From assembly GCA_951406725.2 (NCBI GenBank), contig OX597824.1, forward strand, positions 29,388,001 through 29,452,000: DNA of 64,000 bases, written 5' to 3'. The first letter of the stretch is position 1. Every line of letters starts with the position of its first letter. Below, piece by piece: positions 1-13,740 of the stretch. Both the position numbers and the translations under genes were made by a program. Origin of the DNA: Octopus vulgaris. Lineage: Eukaryota. The notes under the pieces were generated by a model, which saw only the letters and a list, made by a program, of their open reading frames with translations, had not been told where the DNA came from and searched no databases.

Positions 1-46
1 AGATTAATGGAAGGCTACTACACTTGTTTTTGATGTTGCTACTGTT

Positions 47-70
47 TTCTTCTTCTTCTTCTTCTTCTTC

Positions 71-138
<68 letters not shown>
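47..138. repeat. (CTT)n/(ATT)n microsatellite, tail of the adjacent minus-strand SINE
   Basis: Direct reading of tandem CTT then ATT units. Confidence 0.95.
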
Positions 139-139
<1 letters not shown>

Positions 140-606
140 TAATCAGGACTCACGCCACTAGCCACAAAGGATAATCTCTAATTCGATCCTACTCTAAGCA
201 ACTACGAATGCGTGCGGCAACTTGAAGATCCACCCATCATACGCATAGATTGGCGGTTACACGGGCGCGAAAGCTGCGTTGTTTTCCGCATTCCGTAAAT
301 AGTGGCTTTTAACGGGTGGAGAGCGGAACCCTCTTGGGGTACAGAGGATTCGCAATCTAGACTAGGGTCTGAAAGTTTACCACACCATAGTGAGTTACAT
401 CATGGTTCCTTTGCTTTGTGGCAGAATTAGGAAGAAAGAGTGAGAGAAATTTGTGGTGAAAGAGTATAGCGGGGTTCATCCCTGAGCATCGTGGAGCTTA
501 GGGTTTTTTGCTCAATAACCACTCACAATGCCCGGTCTGGGAATCGAAACCGCGTTCTTACGACCGCGAGTCCGCTGCACTAACCATTAGGCCATTGCGC
601 CTCCAC
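139..606 (-). mobile_element. Chimeric tRNA-headed SINE: family C head plus an alternative 3' body ending in (AAT)n
   Basis: 431-606 is the reverse complement of the family C head (TGGAGGCGCAATGGCC..GGTTAG..GGTTTCGATTCCC; A/B boxes). 139-430 does not match the other family C copies and runs into (AAT)n. Confidence 0.7.
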
Positions 607-734
607 TGCTGCTGTTGTTGTTGTTGTTACTTTATTCTTGTTGTTTTCGTTGCCATTGTCGCTACGTTGTTGTCGCTGTTATTGTTCTTGTTGTTGTAGA
701 TAGTGCTTATTGTTTCTCATATCATTAATATCTA

Positions 735-862
735 TAGTGCAAAAGGTCCGAAATTTTGCGGGAGGTGGGGGGGGGGGCAGTCAATTAGATCGACCCCAGA
801 ATGCAACTGGTACTTAATTTATCGACCCCGAAAGGATGAAAGGCAGAATCCACCACGGCAGA
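735..862 (-). mobile_element. SINE family A, partial
   Basis: CTGGTACTTAATTTATCGACCCCGAAAGGATGAAAGGC, the reverse complement of the family A central domain. Confidence 0.85.
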
Positions 863-886
863 AATACAATCTGTATTACTCTGAAA

Positions 887-1116
887 GGCGGCGAGCTGGC
901 AGAAACGTTAGCACGCCGGGCGAAATGCGTAGCCGTATTTCGTCTGCCGTTACGTTCTGAGTTCAAATTCTGCCGAGGTCGACTTTGCCTTTCATCCTTT
1001 CGGGGTCGATAAATTAAGTACCAGTTACGCACTGGGGTCGATGTAATCGACTTAATCCGTTTGTCTGTCCTTGTTTGTCCTCTCTGTGTTTAGCCCCTTG
1101 TGGGTAGTAAAGAAAT
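887..1116 (+). mobile_element. SINE family A, full length (tRNA-like head; central domain resembles the Meta-type SINE domain)
   Basis: GGCGGCGAGCTGGCAGAAACGTTAGC..GAGTTCAAATT..GCCTTTCATCCTTTCGGGGTCGATAAATTAAGTACCAG, with more than 12 related copies in the window. The domain name is recalled, not verified. Confidence 0.9.
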
Positions 1117-1251
1117 TTGTATTACTCTGCTGCTTTTATTGCAGGTTTTGGTCTTGTACTACATACTGTTATAGCTGTGGTTGTTGCTGTTATTACCGTT
1201 CATCATTAGGTCAACCATGATCATGTTAATCCATAATCAAAACAGGCTCCC

Positions 1252-1600
1252 TTTCGCTTACGAGACGACGGGGTTCCAGTTAACCCGATCAACAGAACAG
1301 TCTTTCCGTGAAATTAACGTACATGTGGTTGAGGACTCCACAGATATACCTCATTCATAACATAGTTCTGAGAGAGAGATTCAGCGTGACACAGAATGTG
1401 ACAAGGCTGGCCCTTTGAAACAGAAATACTACGCACCCATGACATAGTTCTGAGGGAGATTCCGCGTGACACAGAATGGTACAAGGCTGGCCCTTTGAAA
1501 ACAAAAGTACTACTCAATATTGCAACATAATACACCGCAGGGAATCGAACTCCCGACCTTGCGATCATGAACCGAATACCCTAAACGTAAACCACCGCTT
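1252..1600 (-). mobile_element. SINE related to family C, with an internal ~82-bp tandem duplication (1356-1516)
   Basis: Shares GACGACG.GGGTTCCAGTT..CCGATCAAC.GAACAG and GTGACAAGGCTGGCCCTTTGAA with 11936, 19161 and 36481. B box GGGAATCGAAC near 1540. Confidence 0.8.
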
Positions 1601-2143
1601 TCACTCTACAGGACTTAATTAACTTATCGAATATGTCATTGGCTAATTTAAGACGTTAGGAAGAAAATGCCGATTTCGACAGCGGAGTTGGTAATGATAA
1701 CGGCTGGAGGTGTTTATTGTGGGAGAATTGCTTTCTTATGGATGAACTTATATCTTTACATTTAATTTGTAGTTTCTGATTGTTAATATAACATTTGTAA
1801 ACGTCGTTTTTGTTTTTGCTGTAGTTTTAAATTTTGTCGTTGTTGTTGTTGTTATTGATGGTAATGATTAGTGTATTTTTGTTATTAGTCGAGATTATGG
1901 TGGTGGAAGATATCTGTTGTTGTGGTTGCTGTGGCTGTTGTCATCGTTGTTGTTATTATTCATATATTGTTGGCAAGAAATATTGTAATTCAATGCCAGA
2001 ATATTTACTAATATTCAAACAAATTCCGCTGCCATTTACTGATAAATATTATTTTAATGAAATTTTATTTTTTTAAGTAGTAAAACTTATTTTGAATATA
2101 TAAACAAGCAGCAAAATATGCTTACGTACACATTTGCATACAA

Positions 2144-2362
2144 ATACATACATGCATGCATGCATACATGCATGCATGCATACATACATGCATGCATACA
2201 TGCATACATACATGCATGCATACATACATACATACATACATACATACATAAATACATACATACATACATACATACATACATACATACATACATACATACA
2301 TACATACATACATACATACATACATGCATACATACATACATACTTCATACATACATATATAC
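2144..2362. repeat. (TACA)n/(TGCA) microsatellite
   Basis: Direct reading. Confidence 0.95.
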
Positions 2363-2489
2363 GTACATGTGTGCATACAATCTTATTGGCACACAAATAT
2401 AAGATGTACAACCAAACCTTCATACATACAATCATAGCATGATTGTATATACACAAACACACACATGCTCACACGTACACACACACACA

Positions 2490-2657
2490 GGCGCAAGCTA
2501 GCGTGGCTGTATCATAAGAAATTTGCTTCCCAACCACATAATACCAATTTAAGTCCCGCTGTGTAACACCTTGGGCAAGTGCCTTCTTCAAAAGTTTCAA
2601 GCCAACCAACGTTTTCTGAGTGTGTTTGGTAGACGGAAACTGAAAGAAGACCGTCAT
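2490..2657 (+). mobile_element. SINE family B 5' half, degenerate
   Basis: TTGCTTCCCAACCACAT..ACCTTGGGCAAGTG..TTTGGTAGACGGAAACTGAAAGAAG. Confidence 0.8.
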
Positions 2658-3059
2658 AAATGTTTTGTGTGTGTGTGTGTGTGTGTGTAAGCCCTCATGT
2701 TTATATCGCTAGCGGTAGATAATCAACCGCCTTCACCGCCGTACCACAAGTCTACACGAGATGTTCTATGTTTGTAACTACCGCAGTATATATAAAATAA
2801 CCTTAGTAATAATCTTATAGTATTTCAAAGGTCATCTTCCGATATCGGCTACCAGATGCTGACACGTAGTAAGAATAGGACTTGTGCTTTTACTGGATAT
2901 AATTATAGAAATCCGCGAGTAATCATAGAGTTTATACAAAAGAATTTTAATACAAAAAAATGGAATTCACGGGCTTTAGTACGACTTACAACAATTGTTT
3001 CAGTGCATCATTATGAAGAATTAATTGTTGAATGTTACATTATTGCATTAATATTATCC

Positions 3060-3577
3060 AAGTACCAGTTGCGTACAGGGATAGATCTAATCGACTGGCC
3101 AATTCCCCCAAAATTTCAGGCCTTGTGCCTAGAGTAGAAAAGAATATTATCCAACAGTAGAGCAGCGAGCTAGAAAAACTGTTAGCATGCTGGGCGAAAT
3201 GCTTTGCGGTATTTCGTCTGCCGTTATATTCTGAGTTCAACATCCGCCGAGGTCGACTTTGCCTTTCATTCTTTCGGGGTCGATTAAATAAGTACCAGTT
3301 ACGCACTGGGGTCGATATTATCGACTTAATCCGTTTGTCTGTCCTTGTTTGTCCTCTCTGTGTTTAGCCCCTTGTGGGTAGTAAAGAAATAGGTATTTCG
3401 TCTGCCGTTACGTTCTGAGTTCAAATTCCACCGAGGTTGACTTTGCTTTTCATCCTTTCGGGGTCGGTTAAATAAGTACCAGTTACGCACTGGTTTCTAT
3501 ATCATCCACTTAATCTGTTTGTCTGTCCTTGTTTGTCCCCTCTATGTTTAGCCCCTTGAGGGCAATAAAGAAATAAA
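3060..3577 (+). mobile_element. Head-to-tail cluster of family A SINEs (3' fragment, full copy 3160-3390, 5'-truncated copy 3391-3577)
   Basis: GGTATTTCGTCTGCCGTTA..TTTAGCCCCTTG.GGG.A.TAAAGAAAT occurs twice in tandem. Confidence 0.9.
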
Positions 3578-3996
3578 TAATATCCAGCAGTAGCTGTATA
3601 CATAAACGTATTCAGGTGAGCAGGGTTCAAATTCTTACGTGTGTGTGTGCATGTGTGTATGTGTTAATTTAATAAATGACATTTCTGTATATAAGTATGT
3701 GGATTGGTCTTTAAGTAAACAAGAATGTATTATAGATCTTTAAACATTCTATTATACGTTATTCATCAATCAATGATTCTTTACACTGATGTATACATGC
3801 TTGATTGTATTTATACATAATACATAGATGTTTTCATTTATGTATATAAAGAATGTATATGTGTGTGCACGCGTACGTGTGTATAAATATTCATGTTTCT
3901 GCGACTAAATATACGATATATCAATTTAAATATGAATGTAAAAATCGGGTTCTTTGAATATTGCTCCTGAATGGACGTACATGCTTATATTTATTT

Positions 3997-4031
3997 GTGT
4001 GTGTGTGTTCATACATACATACATACATACA

Positions 4032-4090
<59 letters not shown>

Positions 4091-4409
4091 GTATATATAT
4101 ATGTATATATATATATGTATATATATGTATATATATATATACATATATATAAATAGTTATGTATATATATACATATTTAAATATACATACATATATGCAT
4201 ATATTGTATGTATATATATATACATATACATATACATACCTTTCTCTTTCTCTTTGTGTGTATATATATACATCCATTTATACATATATATACATATATG
4301 TATATATGTATCCATATATATATATATACACACACACACATATATATATATATACTTTATATCTATATATGTGCATATCTCTCTCAATAGATATATATGT
4401 ATATACATA

Positions 4410-4470
<61 letters not shown>

Positions 4471-4625
4471 GTATATTTAAATACTGAAACAAATAAAAGA
4501 ATATATATATATATATATGTATATTCATATTTATATATGTATATTTAAATATGCACATATGTGTATGTGTAAATATATATATATGTGTACATACGTACAT
4601 ACATATGTGTGTGTAAATATATATC
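3997..4625. repeat. Compound (TACA)n/(TA)n microsatellite field
   Basis: Direct reading. Confidence 0.95.
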
Positions 4626-4884
4626 TGAATAATGGTTTGAAAATAGTATTGAGAGACACAAGTAGACAATAATGGAAGTCTGGTCTGATGAAGGTAAGAG
4701 TGAGCGATCAGATATATTCATGTCCCTATGTAAATATGACATCGGTTGTCTTGAAAAAATATGGCGGGTGGCTTCACTGAATTGGCATATAGTTGTTTAT
4801 TTTTCTATATCTACATGTAGTGACACCTATCGTCGTGTAACTACGTGTACACACATTAATATTAAACCATCGATATATACATAC

Positions 4885-4948
<64 letters not shown>

Positions 4949-5112
4949 TATGTATGTATATATGTATGTATGAATGTATGTATGAATGTTTGTTTGTAAT
5001 TATGTATGCATATATGTATGTATAAACATGTACATATATATTTATTCATAAACATATATATACATATATACATATATACATGTATACATAAATATATGTA
5101 TATGAATATCTA

Positions 5113-5187
<75 letters not shown>

Positions 5188-5674
5188 GAATATTAAAGCA
5201 AATTAGCCAGTTAGAAAATCTCTATATGTGTGTGTGCGTTTATGAGTGTATACATTGTATGTAGATATATATGACCTCCCATGCAGTGCATGTAGAGTTT
5301 AATGTTTAAACATACATATGAATCTGGTAGAGGAAAGTGTTTGTCTGCATGAATGAGTGTACAACCAACTTTATTTCTACATTTGTATATGTACCTATAA
5401 GTGGTGTGTGAGAGTGTTTATAATGATGTTGACGTCAAGGAATGTCAAGTAAAATAGATAAAAATGTGCGGTTTCTAAAATTTATTCCGAAGCACATCTC
5501 GTTGCAAAACTTTAGTTTTGTCAACATTCCACTTAATGCGACGTATTATTAATGATTGCCATTTTCACCGCGATCGATTTCAGTTACATTCCATCGAGCA
5601 GAAATGACCAATAGATCGCACACATAAGTATAATTTATTGTGCATGTGTAGCGTTTGTATTGCTGTATGTATGT

Positions 5675-6370
5675 CATTATTCAGTTTTATTTCAAGGTTT
5701 CTTGCCAATAAAGAAAGAACCGGTTTCTTACCTAGATCCAAGGTTACTTCATTGGGATTTCCACAGCATCAGCGAGTATGCATGTGTCAGATTTCTATGT
5801 TTTGTTTTATGAATGTCTTCTCAGGCACCTAGACATGCTGATATCTACTTAATTGATAAACATCTGGTATTTTTACAGATGTTTACAGTTCCAGTAACGG
5901 CTTGGAGATGTAGTCTTCGAACCACCTTTCTCCTTTCTGGTTTTGAGAAGCCTAATTTCTCTATATTGGTATTTAGGTAGTGTGTTACATACCCTAGGGT
6001 CTCAATAATTACAGGTATAAACCTGAACTTGTAATCTGGATAGAGTAACCGTAGATTTCTCAATAGTTCAGCGTAGGTATTTTCTTTTTCGCTGATCTTT
6101 AGCTTCATGTTAACATACGCTGGGCAGCTAATTTCCACAACTGTACACAGTTTCTCTTCCTTACCCCAAATCATTACATCAGGTTTGTTGTGCTTACATT
6201 ATATTGAGGTCTTCACTGGGTATTTCCACCGGTACTCCTTTTTTTTTCTGAGTGGCCATGGCTTCTACCATACTGTGGGTTCTCATTTCTTTGGCCTCGG
6301 GTATGTACTTCCGATGAATCTCATTATACAGTGCCGTAACCACATCGTGTCTCATCAGTAGATAATACGT
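5675..6370 (-). mobile_element. R4/Dong-type non-LTR retrotransposon 3' end (restriction-like endonuclease domain), pseudogenised
   Basis: Minus-strand translation gives ..MRHDVV..KHNKPDVMIWGKEEKLCTVVEISCP..KENTYAEL..FIPVIIETLG: RHD, PD..(D/E)..K..Y and P-hydrophobic-G.LG motifs of RLE LINEs, followed by a 3' UTR. Confidence 0.85.
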
Positions 6371-6491
6371 ATGTATGCATGCATAAATGTATGAATGTAT
6401 GTATAAATATGTGTGTGTGTATATATGTATTTATATATACATACATACATATATACATATATTCTCTTTTACTCTTGTACTCGTATGTATG

Positions 6492-6805
<314 letters not shown>

Positions 6806-7289
6806 CACATATACGTGCATACATATATACATACACACATTTATACATACATATATACAAATATATACACTTACATAAATGCAGTCAGAAATACGTACAT
6901 GCTTACAAACATACGTACACAGGTATACATATATTTTCATGTTTCCGATAAAGTATCAATAGCAATCATTTGTATATCATACGTGTTTATCTCTATGTAA
7001 TAATCTATTTACCAATCAAGTATATCTCTCTCTCTCTCATTCTTTCTCTCATTCACTCTCTCATTCTCTCTCTCACTCTCTCTTTCTCTAACTGTCCGTC
7101 TAGCGGTTTGTCAATATATCTATAAATTTATGTGTTTAACTGCACATGCATACATACTTATAAGTGTGTGAGGTGGGAGTATGTATGCTGTGTGTGTGCG
7201 TATGTGTATGTGTGTGTGTGTACGCGTGTGCTTCAGTATTTTCCAAAGATATGAAAAATCGTGGCCATCTTGAAATTATTTCATCTTGG

Positions 7290-7660
7290 TTAAGATGTGG
7301 TTAGGAATCTCGATTTGCAACCGCGTGTGTTTGTGTTCAACACCACTGCGCACACTTTGGGCAAGTGTATTCTGTTATAAGCCTCGGGCCGAGCAATGCC
7401 TTTGGAATGAAGTTGCCAGGTAAAAACTGCTTGGAAGTATGTCTTGTATACTTTTGTCGACATATGTCTCTGTGCCTGTGTTTGTCACCCCACCACACAA
7501 CCGTTATCAGTTTGTTTTCGTCCGTGTAAATTTGCAGTTCTGGGTAAAAAGACCGAGAGACTTTAAAAAATAAGATATAAGTACTGGGCTCGATTTATTT
7601 GACTAAGAATCTTCACGGCAGTAAACTATTATGGCTACAGTGAAGTGAATAAAAAACTTG
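7290..7660 (+). mobile_element. SINE family B, old and degenerate
   Basis: ACTTTGGGCAAGTG..AGCCTCGGGCCGA..AAAAAGACCGA..ATAAGTACTGGGCTCGATTT. Confidence 0.7.
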
Positions 7661-7739
7661 TAAGTAGATCTAGGCATCACACGCGGGTAAATCTTGGTCA
7701 CACCTGCAATACTTTCGGTACTTGTTTTAGGTTCCTTTT

Positions 7740-8120
7740 TAGGTGAAGGTAGATAACGACAGCCTTTTTGGTTAACCCGACTGGAAAAGGCTCACTTTTC
7801 TAGTGATAGTATGCTTAAACTAGGCAAGGGTGTGATTTCCAATTCGATAGTAGAAACTTCTCATGATGCGTGCATCTTGTGAAACTATCCGATCTCCAGA
7901 TCGGAAGGTTGGTGGAGTTCTTAGATTTAAAAAGCGATGAATTCTTGTAGCTATCTAAAGCCTGCATCTCCTTAATTGATTAATGTATGGCGTAAATCGC
8001 TAAACGATGGTCTACTTGATGATATAGGAGCTATTTTTGGCCTTCAGGTTCCCGATGCGGCGTGACAGCATAGTTTGTATGCCAGGAAGAAAACTGATGA
8101 CTGGCATATTTGACATAATA
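7740..8120 (-). mobile_element. Possible highly decayed RTE-type LINE reverse transcriptase C-terminus
   Basis: Fragmentary frameshifted motifs resembling LLY..ETW, LR..I.W.DRI and RLPK. Weak, by eye only. Confidence 0.3.
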
Positions 8121-8708
8121 GCGGTTATAATCGGGATTAGAAAAGAATAATAAAATAAATACTAGGGGAAATACACAATAATTTGAAAAGTAGTTGTGTG
8201 GTTAAGGGAAAGGGGGATTTTTTACATTTCAAATTTAGGCACAAGGCGTGGAATCTGGTGGTAGGCTTTTAGAGAGTGAATTCCATCTCACTGCTTGACT
8301 GAGCCTTTATCAACCGCGAAAGGATATGCAGGGTTCATCTCAGCGGGATCAGAACACGGACAGTAAAGACACAGAAGAAACACTGTAAAGCATTTTTCCG
8401 ATGCTCAAACAAGTTTAACGACCCAACACAATATAATCGTAGAAAGACTAATACAACAACAGCAACAACAACAACAGTGAATATAATAATAGTAAGGATT
8501 GATGACGACGGCAATGATAACGATGATGATGATGATGATGGGTATGCAGACGATCTTGATGACGATGCTAATAATGGTGACCATGCTAATGATGGTGACA
8601 ACGACGATAATGATGATTTCGAAGATGAAACTCAAAACTAGCTAATAACAACATTAATAACAAGAGCAACAATGACAATACGATAAATGAACATTAAATG
8701 ATATCAAG

Positions 8709-8709
8709 T

Positions 8710-8742
<33 letters not shown>

Positions 8743-8804
8743 AAATGCATATACATATATAGATACATACATATACACACACGCACACACACACACATAT
8801 ATAC

Positions 8805-8835
<31 letters not shown>

Positions 8836-8858
8836 ATATATACATATACATATAGATA

Positions 8859-8922
<64 letters not shown>

Positions 8923-9046
8923 CATACATATATACGTACATACATACATACGTGTAGAGATACAAATATATATATACATATATATATATACATGTATATA
9001 TATATATATACATATATATAAATATACACATATGTGTGTGTGTATA

Positions 9047-9108
<62 letters not shown>

Positions 9109-9180
9109 TATACATATACACATATGTGTATGTGTGTGCGTGCGTGCGTGTATCTTTGTGTGTGTGCGCGAGTGCGTGCG
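8709..9180. repeat. (TA)n/(CA)n compound microsatellite
   Basis: Direct reading. Confidence 0.95.
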
Positions 9181-9450
9181 TGCTATAGAAAACTAGTTAG
9201 CTGCTCATGTTTTCAATCAACTTGAGAACATCAAACAATTTGAATGAACAGATTTCATATTTAAATATGGACTGATTAAGATGGTATCTGGGTGGAGGTG
9301 GCGGCGAGGTTAAGATATTTTCTGAAATTTATTTTCATACATAACAACAGATTTCAGTGCATTGTGAGTTCGCAGAAACATACACACAGTAACGTGCGCA
9401 CGAACACGCATCTATTTATATATATATATATATATGCATGTATATATATG

Positions 9451-9496
<46 letters not shown>

Positions 9497-9843
9497 TATA
9501 TTTATATATATATGCATGTATATATACACATTAGTTATTTATTTATTATTATTAGTTTTATCATCAATATTATCATCATCGTTGTTATTGTTGTTTTTTA
9601 TTAGTGTTGTTGTTGTTCTGGAAATAAAACAGGAATTGCACAGGGACACAAGGTTTCGTGTGCACTCATTTTCAAGCAAATTTCACAATTTCTGAAGTAG
9701 AAACGGACAGAATTTTCTGCAATTAATAAATTGCACCGTTAATGTCACGTTATTGCATTACAGAAATTTGAAAAGATACCGGTTAATAAAGCAGGGATAA
9801 GAAATGTAACTGTATTTTGTGTATTCAGAATAGATTGCAGACA

Positions 9844-10391
9844 TACAAAGGAGGGTTGAGGAAGCTTATAAGCTGACTATGAAGGCACAATGTTAGGAGA
9901 TGTAGAATTTTGCATGCATTAATTTCTTTCCATGTCAATTGGCGTCTGCTTATTCTGAGAATGCTTCAAAAGTAACTAATAGTGATTTCTCTTTGGTTTC
10001 GTAGTGTTATCAAGTACCAGTAGAAAAAAGGATTCAAGCTGACATGGTTGCTACATTAGGGGATGACGTTTCAGCTCTATGAACAGTGCAAAAGGGGACA
10101 AGTGAATTTAGGAGAAGGAAGATTCTAGAAGACGAGTAAAGTCTGGAGTCCTACTAATGCCCCCAACGAGGAAAACGTTGAACGTCTTCTCCACATGAGG
10201 ACGGATGACAAGTGGTTGACTATAAATCAAATAAACAATGCTATTAGTATATCTCCTGAGAGAGTAAAATGTATTCTGCGCAATGAATTTGGCAGGAGGA
10301 ATGTTACTGCTTGGTGAGTGACTCGTCTTCTTATACCTGCTTAAAAGTGCACCAGGCTGATCACATCACTGAAATATCTGGCATCATTTGA
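9844..10391 (+). mobile_element. mariner-family transposon 5' remnant with an N-terminal transposase pseudogene
   Basis: Translation across stops and frameshifts: FRSVIKY..IQADMVATLGDD..TVQK..SEFRR..NEENVERL..DKWLTINQI..ISPERVKCILRNEFG..AW*VTRLL (HTH region plus the WVPRLL-like linker). Truncated by (TA)n. Confidence 0.85.
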
Positions 10392-10400
10392 GTATATATA

Positions 10401-10455
<55 letters not shown>

Positions 10456-10551
10456 GAGAGAGAGACCAAGGTGTACGTACGCCACTATATATAAATATAT
10501 ATATATATGCATATATATATGTATGTCTATATGTATATATATGTATATATA

Positions 10552-10886
<335 letters not shown>

Positions 10887-10888
10887 CC

Positions 10889-10919
<31 letters not shown>

Positions 10920-10938
10920 AATATATATTAACTCTCTC

Positions 10939-10991
<53 letters not shown>

Positions 10992-11894
10992 GAAAAGAAT
11001 AGCATGCAGTTCAATGCTGGAAAGTTTCAAGCTTTATACTATCAGCATGCAAAACTGAATGCAATACCCAATGAATACACTGGACCCGGAGGGATTGCAA
11101 TCCCAGAGGCACAATCAGTGCGTGACCTGGGTATTCACATGAGTGATGACGCGACCTTTCATGTACATGTTGCTAAACTGACAATGAAATGTAGACGGCT
11201 GGCTGGCTGGATTCTTAGAACCTTTAGAACAAGAGAACAAGAAACCATGATGGTCCTCTGGAAGACACTTGTCCTAAGCCACTTTGACTATTGCTCTCAG
11301 CTATGGTCACCATCCAGTGTCAAGTTGATCACAGAACTTGAGGCGATCCAACGAAGCTACACAAAGAAGATAGCCTCTATGCAGAATGTAAGCTACTGGG
11401 AAAGACTCAAGAGATTAAAATTATATTCCCTGGAGCGTAGGCGGGAAAGATATGCCATAATATACATCTGGAAGATCCTGGAGGGAAGTGTCCTGAACTT
11501 TGGCATCGAGAGTTACGCAAATGCCAGAACTGGGCGCCACTGCCTGGTGCCTAGGACTCCAAACCTGCCATCAAGATGTAGGACAAGATTCTGTGATAGC
11601 CTGGGCTTCCGAGGCCCACAGCTCTTCAATATCCTCCCGAAGAACCTGAGAGACCTGCATGGGGTGGATACAGATGTCTTTAAAATGAAGCTGGATCTCT
11701 TCCTGTCAGGTGTCCCAGATGAACCAACTTCACGGCAGGAGGGGCAGATGAGGGCAGCTGCATCGAACTCTCTCATGCACCAAATAGCAGTTGCTAGAAA
11801 GCCTCCATGAAGTGAAACCAAGTAGCAACACCAAATGGCGGTGCCCCAGCATGGCCACAGCTCATAAGCTGAAACTAGAATCAATCAATCAATC
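10992..11894 (+). mobile_element. CR1-type LINE, 5'-truncated, with an open RT C-terminal ORF (11004-11810), 3' UTR and (TCAA)n tail
   Basis: MQFNAGKF..VRDLGI..ILRTF..DYCSQLWSP..LEAIQR..SYWERLKRLKLYSLERRR motifs typical of CR1-group ORF2. No stop over 268 aa. Ends ..GCTGAAACTAGAA(TCAA)3. Confidence 0.92.
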
Positions 11895-11935
11895 ATATAC
11901 ATATGCATATGCATGTATATAGATATATATGTTGG

Positions 11936-12293
11936 TACTCTGTCGCTTACGACGACAAGGCTTCCAGTTGATCCGATCAACGGAACAGCCAGATCGTGAA
12001 ATTAAAGTGCAAGTGGCTGAGTTCTCCACAGACACGTGTGCCCTTAAAGTAGTTCTCGGGGATATTCAGCGTGACACAGAGTGTGACAAGGCTGGCCGTT
12101 TGAATTACAGGTACAACAGAAACAAGAAGTAAGAATGAGGGAAATTTGTGGTGAACGTTTACAGCAGGGTTCGTCACCATACCCTGCCAGGGCTTCGTGG
12201 AGCATTAGGTGTTTTCGCTCAATAAGCATTCACAACGCCAGGTCTGGGAATCGAAACCGCGGCTCCGCTGCCCTAACCACTGGGTCATTGCCT
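11936..12293 (-). mobile_element. SINE family C
   Basis: Colinear reverse complement of 19161-19556. Confidence 0.9.
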
Positions 12294-12561
12294 ATATACA
12301 TACATATATATATATACAAGAATTAAAGAAAGGAGTAAGGTATGTATTCTTTTTCGCATACCCGGTAACCTTGGTTGCCTACCGTGAAACATAAAAAGAA
12401 CTTTTTTCAATTTATCGTACTTCGGAAAGGAAAAATCCACACCCCTCCGGCCCAATAAACCACTATTGTTCCTGAAAGTTGTTTTTTTATATTTACTACG
12501 TATTGCTTGAAGCTAACTTTCTTCCTTGATTCCAATATATACATATATGCATGTATGTATG

Positions 12562-12595
<34 letters not shown>

Positions 12596-12597
12596 TG

Positions 12598-12698
<101 letters not shown>

Positions 12699-12710
12699 CT
12701 ATATATATAT

Positions 12711-12875
12711 GTCTTTCCTTCTCTGGATCTTTCCTTCTCCTATCTCTCCGACGAAGAGCTCCGCTCGAAACGTTACACCCTTCTTCTTTCCTTCTTTCCT
12801 GAGCGTCCAATAATACTATATTTGTTCCACGTCTTCGCGTTTGTTGTGTTTTTTATTGTGCTTTCATGTTTGGAT

Positions 12876-12879
<4 letters not shown>
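12711..12879 (+). mobile_element. Penelope-like pseudo-LTR fragment in (TA)n with a minimal hammerhead motif (12748-12775)
   Basis: CCGACGA-A-GAGC-TCC-GCTC-GAAAC-GTTA. A second copy lies at 43188-43393 on the minus strand. Both end ..TTTGGATTAAC(TA)n. Confidence 0.7.
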
Positions 12880-12948
<69 letters not shown>

Positions 12949-12952
<4 letters not shown>

Positions 12953-13221
12953 CATTTAAATAATGAGGGAAATATATTGAATATTAATTTAATTAGTATC
13001 AATTTAAAACCAGTAGGCTAGCATATAAAAAAATCTAAAAAATCAGAGTAAATTTTAATACATGTGTATATTTAGCGCTAAAAAACAACTAGGTGGACAG
13101 CCATATGCTAGAAGATCACATACGATCTAGCTACAAAGAAAAATGTTCTCTAGAGAATATTCAACGAACACCAGAACTTAGGCGGGCAAGATAGATGAAA
13201 ATTATATAAAAATCAAGAAAT
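12949..13221. mobile_element. Family H (TA)n-flanked element, longest copy
   Basis: GTGGACAGCCATATGCTAGAAGA..AATGTTCTC..GAACACCAGAAC..GGGCAAGATAGATGAAA matches 30860-30976. Confidence 0.65.
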
Positions 13222-13229
13222 ATATATAT

Positions 13230-13294
<65 letters not shown>

Positions 13295-13429
13295 TTCTTA
13301 TACGCATTCACATACACATTTACACAAAATATACTTATACACAAAATATTGAAAGAATAAGAGGTAAGTTTTTCAGCGAGTATCTTGCTTTTCAGTTTAT
13401 CATTTTCCATGGTAGCATATAAGGCAGTG

Positions 13430-13740
13430 AGAGCCCGTAAGGTAACATTCATATACTGTGCAATGAAATTTAAGATTAATGGCAAACGAGTTCCACTATG
13501 CGAATGTGTGCATGTCTGTCTTTGTGTCCGTGTTAATTCCCACCCACTGCGTGACAACCGGTTTTGGTCTGCTGTTTAAGTTTCAGTAACATAGTGGTAT
13601 GGCAAATAGAACGATAGACTAAGTACCAGACGTTAAAGAATAGTATTGGAGTCTATTTATTTGACTGAAACCCTTCAACACGGTGCTCCTAGCATGTTCG
13701 CAATCTAAAGACTAACAAAAGTAAAAGATAAAAATAAAAT
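13430..13740 (+). mobile_element. SINE family B 3' part, degenerate
   Basis: TGACAACCG..GGCAAA.AGA.CGATAGA.TAAGTAC..CGGTGCTCCTAGCATG. Confidence 0.7.

Noticed and set aside
4685-4760. CTGATGA..GAAA as a functional hammerhead
   Set aside because: Helix III and the NUH site are not recoverable. Kept only as a weak relic, as are 34228-34285 and 42303-42337.
11004-11810. 268-aa ORF as a host gene
   Set aside because: It is the C-terminus of a 5'-truncated CR1-type ORF2 that lacks the catalytic RT core and endonuclease.
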